A stretch of 4,189 nucleotides of DNA from a virus. Its lineage: Duplodnaviria > Heunggongvirae > Uroviricota > Caudoviricetes. The translations under genes were made by a program, and so were the position numbers. The notes beneath the pieces were generated by a model, which saw only the letters and a list, made by a program, of their open reading frames with translations, ran no database searches and was not told where the DNA came from. Shown piece by piece: positions 1 through 4,189 of this stretch (positions are counted from its first letter, which is position 1; the number at the start of each line of letters is the position of its first letter). The DNA lies in the IMG/VR virus record IMGVR_UViG_2671180986_000008. One strand, written 5' to 3'.

Positions 1-11
1 TCAACTGATCC

Positions 12-1169
12 TTAACTGATCGGCATTACACCACCGGGACGCGGATTCATATCTTCCAGGTCGCGGCAGTCATTGGAAGAGTAAATTCCCCAGTTGATCC
101 CGGTGGCGTAGGCTTCAAAACGGGACTTCATATCCCCGCGCAGTAACGCCCCGGCGTTAAATTTGGCGTAATAAACGCCCTGCTTACTTTTTCGTACCAG
201 TCCGGTGTTGATCCGCTGTTCGATGCGGGTCAGATACGGCACCAGTGAATAGTTGATAAATCCCAGCCCCAGCTCTTCGATATTGTTGAAGGTGGCGCGA
301 TCGGTGTTCTGCACCATGTGCAACGGCACCCGGAACAGACGACAGATTTCTTCCAGCTGAAACTTGCGGGTTTCCAGGAACTGACTGTCCTCGGCGTTCA
401 GCGCCATCGACTTCCAGTCCAGCCCCATTTCCAGAATCATCGGGCGGTGAGCATTGCCAAGCCCCGTGTGACACTCCTCAAAATCTTTCTTCAGACGCTC
501 GTAAGCATCCGGCGTGAGCTTTTGTTCCGTACGCAACACACCGGATGTCACCGCACCATTACTAAACAACCTGGCACCGTGCTCCTCGGTTGCCGCTGCC
601 AGTGAAATGGCCTCACGCGCATACGCAATGGGATTCAGCCCGACAAGTCCATCCAGCGTCAGGGTGCGCACATGCCAGATTTCATTCTGGGTCAACACAT
701 CCACGGAACCATCCGGAAACGTCACCTGATAAACCGGCTGCCACTGGCTGTTCAGCTTCGGTTCCACACAGCCCGGATCTATCGGAAGAAGCTCCACCAC
801 TTCTCCCAGTGCCTTTACCTTGTAGGCGTAAAAATTCCCCCGTAGACACAGGCAGACAATAACCAGCTCCCAGAATTCCTGCGGTGTCATGTAGCCATTA
901 GGTTTTGCCGAAACCAACTTATGCAGTCGTTCATCCACCGCCCGTGTTTTCAGGGTACCGCTGATTTTGTAGAGACTGCAGGGCAGCATACCAACAGACT
1001 CTGCCAGCACCCTGACGCAAGAATAGACCGCCGTCAGGCGCATGGCCCGCTGGCTACTGATCCGCTTTCCGGTATAGGTGTCGTATGACAGCCCGATAGC
1101 ATCAGCCAGTTCTGCTGGCGTGGTCACCGGCACATCGCTTTTTCGTTGAAATAATCCCGAAAAGAACAC
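12..1169 (-). CDS. Phage portal protein, HK97 family (385 aa)
   Basis: Long uninterrupted minus-strand ORF with a GTG start at 1167-1169, preceded by a GGAGGT Shine-Dalgarno (reverse complement of 1175-1180) with a 5-nt spacer, and a TAA stop at 12-14. It sits just downstream of the large terminase gene, as in HK97-like phages. Length and sequence character fit HK97-family portals; this is recalled from memory, not searched. Confidence 0.85.
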   Translation of the reverse strand: MFFSGLFQRKSDVPVTTPAELADAIGLSYDTYTGKRISSQRAMRLTAVYSCVRVLAESVGMLPCSLYKISGTLKTRAVDERLHKLVSAKPNGYMTPQEFWELVIVCLCLRGNFYAYKVKALGEVVELLPIDPGCVEPKLNSQWQPVYQVTFPDGSVDVLTQNEIWHVRTLTLDGLVGLNPIAYAREAISLAAATEEHGARLFSNGAVTSGVLRTEQKLTPDAYERLKKDFEECHTGLGNAHRPMILEMGLDWKSMALNAEDSQFLETRKFQLEEICRLFRVPLHMVQNTDRATFNNIEELGLGFINYSLVPYLTRIEQRINTGLVRKSKQGVYYAKFNAGALLRGDMKSRFEAYATGINWGIYSSNDCRDLEDMNPRPGGVMPIS

Positions 1170-1437
1170 TATTTACCTCCGCCGACAGACTGCCGTGTAC
1201 GGTCGAGATATCGCGCCACCAGCCACGACCAGAACAGGCACAGCGCCCCGGCAACAACANNNNNNNNNNNNNNNNNNNNNNNNNNNNNNNNNNNNNNNNN
1301 NNNNNNNNNNNNNNNNNNNNNNNNNNNNNNNNNNNNNNNNCAACAAAACCCGCCGGGGGATAAATCAGCCAGGCACCATACGCCAGCAAAAGCGCACCCA
1401 GCACGCCCACCAGAGGCGCGAGAATCAGCATGATCAT
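1169..1437 (-). CDS. Small hydrophobic (predicted membrane) protein between large terminase and portal; only the N-terminal 32 codons (1341..1437) are directly supported, 3' end and frame after the N-run uncertain
   Basis: ATG at 1435-1437 follows a GAGGT Shine-Dalgarno (reverse complement of 1442-1446), 11 nt after the large terminase stop. The N-terminus [32 protein letters not shown] is a transmembrane-like helix with E. coli-like codon usage (CTG/GCG rich). The ORF then enters the N-run 1260-1340. After the N-run, a different frame reads [29 protein letters not shown] and ends at TAG 1169-1171, sharing one nucleotide with the portal GTG start. The ORF-track frame instead runs to 1102 through an Arg/Gly/Cys-rich tail that overlaps the portal gene. 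Confidence 0.4.
1175..1180 (-). promoter_or_regulatory. Ribosome binding site (GGAGGT) for the portal gene
   Basis: The minus strand reads GGAGGT AAATA GTG, with the start codon at 1167-1169. Seen directly in sequence. Confidence 0.6.
1260..1340. other. Run of 81 N (masked or unsequenced)
   Basis: Seen directly in sequence. It interrupts the small hydrophobic ORF. Confidence 1.
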
Positions 1438-1441
1438 AATT

Positions 1442-1446
1442 ACCTC
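1442..1446 (-). promoter_or_regulatory. Ribosome binding site (GAGGT) for the small hydrophobic ORF
   Basis: The minus strand reads TAA CT GAGGT AATT ATG: the large terminase stop, then the Shine-Dalgarno, then the ATG at 1435-1437. Seen directly in sequence. Confidence 0.5.
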
Positions 1447-1448
1447 AG

Positions 1449-3182
1449 TTAAAGCGAGCGGATCCCGTAGGACTCAATGTGGTCAGACAGCGTGTCTTCT
1501 TTCTCGTACAGCATGGCTCTGCCAACCGCCATAATCAGCGCAACTGCACCATCGATTTTGTTTTCCGCCTGCTCTTTGACGGGTTTCACCACATCATCGT
1601 TACCCGGCATGTTTTTGCCGACCACGTTGCCGATACACCAGGTCATGATGGGATTGCCGTCATGATGAAAACGTCCCGATTCAATCGCTGCTTCCAGCTC
1701 TTTCATCGGATCGGACATATTGGTGAAGTTCTGGACGATAGTGACGGGATTCAGGTCTTCATCAGCAAGGTCATGTGACAACCCGGTCGCCCCGAAGGGG
1801 TCGATGGGTGACTCACTGACCGGGCTGATTTTGTTCGCCGCTTTGGCCTCCTCGAGGATGTAGCGATAATCCACCTCCGCACCATCGGTAACGGTCAGAA
1901 CGCCCATTTCCACCCATTTCTGAAAGCGTTCGGCTGTCCGTCGATCTTCATTTTTCTCGACGCTGTACACCGTGTCATACGGTACCCAGAAACGCGGGGC
2001 CACACTGTAGTAATGCGTTTTACCGTCAATCTCGCGGGTATAAAGTCGCGCCATGCTGTTCATATCCAGCTTACGCGCCAGGTCAAAGGCCAGAATGCAC
2101 GGCTGCCCCTCGAACTGCTCAAGGGTCAGTGATTTATCCTCGCAGCTCTGCCAGCTCACCAGGTTGAAATACGCCGAACGCGCCGACACCCAGATATTGA
2201 GGTGTTTTGTTTTAAAGACGTTTGCCAGACGGGCGTTATTTTTCGCACGCTGCTGCTGACTTAACAAAAATTCGCGATAAACCGACACGCCAATATTTGG
2301 ATTGGCTTTTTCCAGCACCTGCGGGCCGGTCCAGTCGTCACCTTCATCAACGGTATAGATGATCCCGAACAGTTCATCGTTAGGCACCGAGCCGTTGAGC
2401 ATCTCGATGACTTCCCGCCGCTTGTCGTAGCACGGCCCCTCAATGTTGTACCCGGCGGTGGTGATGGCCCACATCAGTGGCTGACGTCGCGCCCCCATCC
2501 CGGTAAGCATTGTGGTATAAAGCGCATCGGTGGCATGCTCGTGATATTCATCAACCACGGCACAGTGGGGTGATGAACCATCACCTGGGTTGCCGATCAG
2601 CGGTTCAAACCGCGCGCCATCCTCCGGACGGTTCATGTTTGAGGCGTTAACCTCAATCCCGAACGCTTCCGTCAGCATGGGTGTGCGTTTACACATCAGT
2701 CGCGCCGGGCGAAAGACTTCCCACGCCTGTTTCTCTGTCGTGGCACCGGAATACACTTCCGCGCCAAACTCGTTATCACAGGCAAAACAATACAGGGCAA
2801 CACCGGCAGAGATTGCTGATTTGCCGTTCTTACGGGGGATTTCGGTGTACACCTCCCGGAAGCGGCGCAACCGGGTGCCTTTATTGACCCAGCCAAACGC
2901 ACAGCAGATCACAAATAGCTGCCACGGCTCCAGCGTGATGGGCATCCGTTTGAATGCCCACTCCCCCTTGGTGTGCGGCAACAGCTGAATAAATTTCGCG
3001 GCCCGTTCAGCCAGGTCCTTGTCGAAGCGGTAACGAAACGACTTACTTTTTTCCGCCATCAGGTCATCAAGATGGCGCTGGCAGGCCTGAATCACAAACT
3101 GGCAGGCAACAATCTTTCCGCGCACGACATCCCGGGCATACTGATTTGCAGCATTTACGTTGGGGTAAGATTTCCGGCTCAT
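1449..3182 (-). CDS. Phage terminase large subunit (TerL, Terminase_1-like; 577 aa)
   Basis: 577-aa ORF with ATG at 3180-3182 and TAA at 1449-1451. Walker A-like motif IPRKNGKS at residues 115-122 (nt 2817-2840). Walker B-like VVDEYHE near residues 209-215 (nt 2538-2558). C-terminal nuclease-type acidic motifs: ILAFDLA with the Asp at nt 2082-2084, DLADED, and KIDGAVAL. It lies directly downstream of a P27-type small subunit, with an ATGA overlap. Confidence 0.93.
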
Positions 3183-3654
3183 GATTCGATAATTTTCAGA
3201 AACGGGTTAGTGGCTTTCTTCTGCCCCGCCAGGCCAATCAGACGCTGGCGGCTGCTGGGGTCGAGTCCGAGCATTGCCCCCGTGCTGCTCATCTCGGACT
3301 CCTGTTCTTTTTTGGCGGTCAGCTCCGGATTTTTGACCCTGCCGCCCATTGCACCGGTGATGGTGTTGCCCTGTATGGCAATATTTTTCACGGCACGTCG
3401 CCAGAACTCATAGGCCACGCACCACCGCTCAAGTACCGCCAGGTCAGTCACGCACAGCAGGCCCTGACCGCAGAGTTCTTTGGTTGTCAGTTGCCACATG
3501 ATCGTGGCGAGAGGGAGATCTTCTTCAGCGAACCACTCTGGTGGCTCAACACCTTTGATGGGCGTAAAAACAGGTTCATCTTTGTTCAGGGCTCGCTTGC
3601 CGGGGTTTCCGGCCAGCGCCTTGCGCGCCGTTGGCTTGGGGCGACGCCCGGAAC
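3179..3654 (-). CDS. Phage terminase small subunit, P27 family (start codon hidden in the N-run; visible part about 158 aa)
   Basis: The minus-strand frame is open from the N-run edge (3654) to the TGA at 3179-3181. The visible N-terminus [31 protein letters not shown] matches the conserved start of P27-family small terminase subunits (GRRPKPT...GNPGKR). The codon at 3653-3655 reads NGT and cannot be a start, so the true start lies at least one codon into the N-run. The ORF-track call 3179..3499 is an internal ATG of this same frame. Confidence 0.85.
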
Positions 3655-4059
3655 NNNNNNNNNNNNNNNNNNNNNNNNNNNNNNNNNNNNNNNNNNNNNN
3701 NNNNNNNNNNNNNNNNNNNNNNNNNNNNNNNNNNNNNNNNNNNNNNNNNNNNNNNNNNNNNNNNNNNNNNNNNNNNNNNNNNNNNNNNNNNNNNNNNNNN
3801 NNNNNNNNNNNNNNNNNNNNNNNNNNNNNNNNNNNNNNNNNNNNNNNNNNNNNNNNNNNNNNNNNNNNNNNNNNNNNNNNNNNNNNNNNNNNNNNNNNNN
3901 NNNNNNNNNNNNNNNNNNNNNNNNNNNNNNNNNNNNNNNNNNNNNNNNNNNNNNNNNNNNNNNNNNNNNNNNNNNNNNNNNNNNNNNNNNNNNNNNNNNN
4001 NNNNNNNNNNNNNNNNNNNNNNNNNNNNNNNNNNNNNNNNNNNNNNNNNNNNNNNNNNN
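3655..4059. other. Run of 405 N (masked or unsequenced)
   Basis: Seen directly in sequence. It hides the 3' part of the HNH gene, the HNH-TerS intergenic region and the TerS start codon. Confidence 1.
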
Positions 4060-4189
4060 ATCACCGTCCATTTTGAGCCATAGCCACGCTGGTGGCGGCT
4101 CAGTCCGCGCTGGTGCTGCACCCAGCCTTCACCGCGATGTTTATCGCAGTAACCCGAACTGTCTGTGGTTGTACCTGCACATCCACGCT
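4060..4189 (-). CDS. Phage HNH endonuclease (terminase-associated), partial: 5' end beyond the window edge, 3' end in the N-run
   Basis: The minus-strand frame is open from the window edge and reads RGCAGTTTDSSGYCDKHRGEGWVQHQRGLSRHQRGYGSKWTV. The Cys cluster (C..G...YC.KH) followed by HQRG.SRHQRGYGS.W resembles the N-terminal region of HNH endonucleases that sit just upstream of terminase genes in HK97-like phages. The catalytic HNH motif itself would fall in the masked block, so this call rests on the N-terminal region and gene context only. Confidence 0.65.

Noticed and set aside
184-862. Short ORFs overlapping the portal gene (184..474 minus; 318..605, 514..729 and 590..862 plus)
   Set aside because: Alternative-frame or antisense readings inside the portal coding region, with low-complexity off-frame composition and no independent support.
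1102-1259. C-terminal extension of ORF-track entry 1102..1437, overlapping the portal start by 68 nt
   Set aside because: The tail after the N-run in that frame ([16 protein letters not shown]...) is Arg/Gly/Cys-rich, uses rare codons (AGA, CGA, GTA) and would overlap the portal gene. An alternative frame ending at the portal start looks more gene-like. It cannot be fully excluded if the masking is length-exact.
1195-1452. Plus-strand ORF 1195..1452 spanning the 81-nt N-run
   Set aside because: Antisense to the small hydrophobic ORF and kept open by translated N; no ribosome binding site and non-protein-like composition.
1477-3413. Plus-strand ORFs antisense to the terminase genes (1477..1665, 1479..1778, 2053..2259, 2590..2988, 2681..2887, 2973..3413)
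   Set aside because: They lie entirely within and opposite to strongly supported minus-strand genes, lack convincing ribosome binding sites, and their translations have the Arg/Ser/Cys/Pro-rich composition typical of off-frame readings.
3179-3499. ORF-track call of a 106-aa protein starting at ATG 3497-3499
   Set aside because: The same frame stays open upstream to the N-run and carries the conserved P27 TerS N-terminal motif, so 3499 is an internal Met, not the start.
3480-4121. ORF-track entries running through the 405-nt N-run (3480..4076 plus, 3576..4121 minus, 3586..4071 minus, 3631..4083 plus)
   Set aside because: They are open only because N codons are translated as X. The one real signal among them is the minus-strand frame at 4060..4189, reported separately as the HNH fragment; its listed GTG start at 4121 is internal to a frame that is open to the window edge.
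1-4189. Search for CRISPR repeats, tRNA-like structures, IS inverted repeats or tandem repeats
   Set aside because: No direct repeats with regular spacing, no terminal inverted repeats and no tRNA-like cloverleaf candidates were seen by eye. Coding density of the packaging operon accounts for essentially all unmasked sequence.

Overview
This window is a phage (most likely prophage) DNA-packaging and head-assembly module, with every supportable gene on the minus strand. Read 5'->3' on the minus strand (high to low coordinates) it runs: a partial HNH endonuclease (4189..4060, continuing into a masked block), a P27-family small terminase subunit (start masked, visible 3654..3179), a Terminase_1-type large terminase subunit (3182..1449), a short hydrophobic ORF interrupted by an N-run (1437..~1169), and an HK97-family portal protein (1169..12). 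This is the gene order of HK97-like cos-packaging phages of enterobacteria. Two N-runs (1260-1340, 81 nt; 3655-4059, 405 nt) hide the middle of the small ORF, and the 3' part of the HNH gene, the HNH-TerS intergenic region and the TerS start. No rRNA, tRNA, CRISPR array, IS element or obvious defence-system signature is visible. The only element not explained by the canonical module is the small membrane-like ORF between the large terminase and the portal. All family assignments rest on recognising motifs by eye in the translations; no database search was run.
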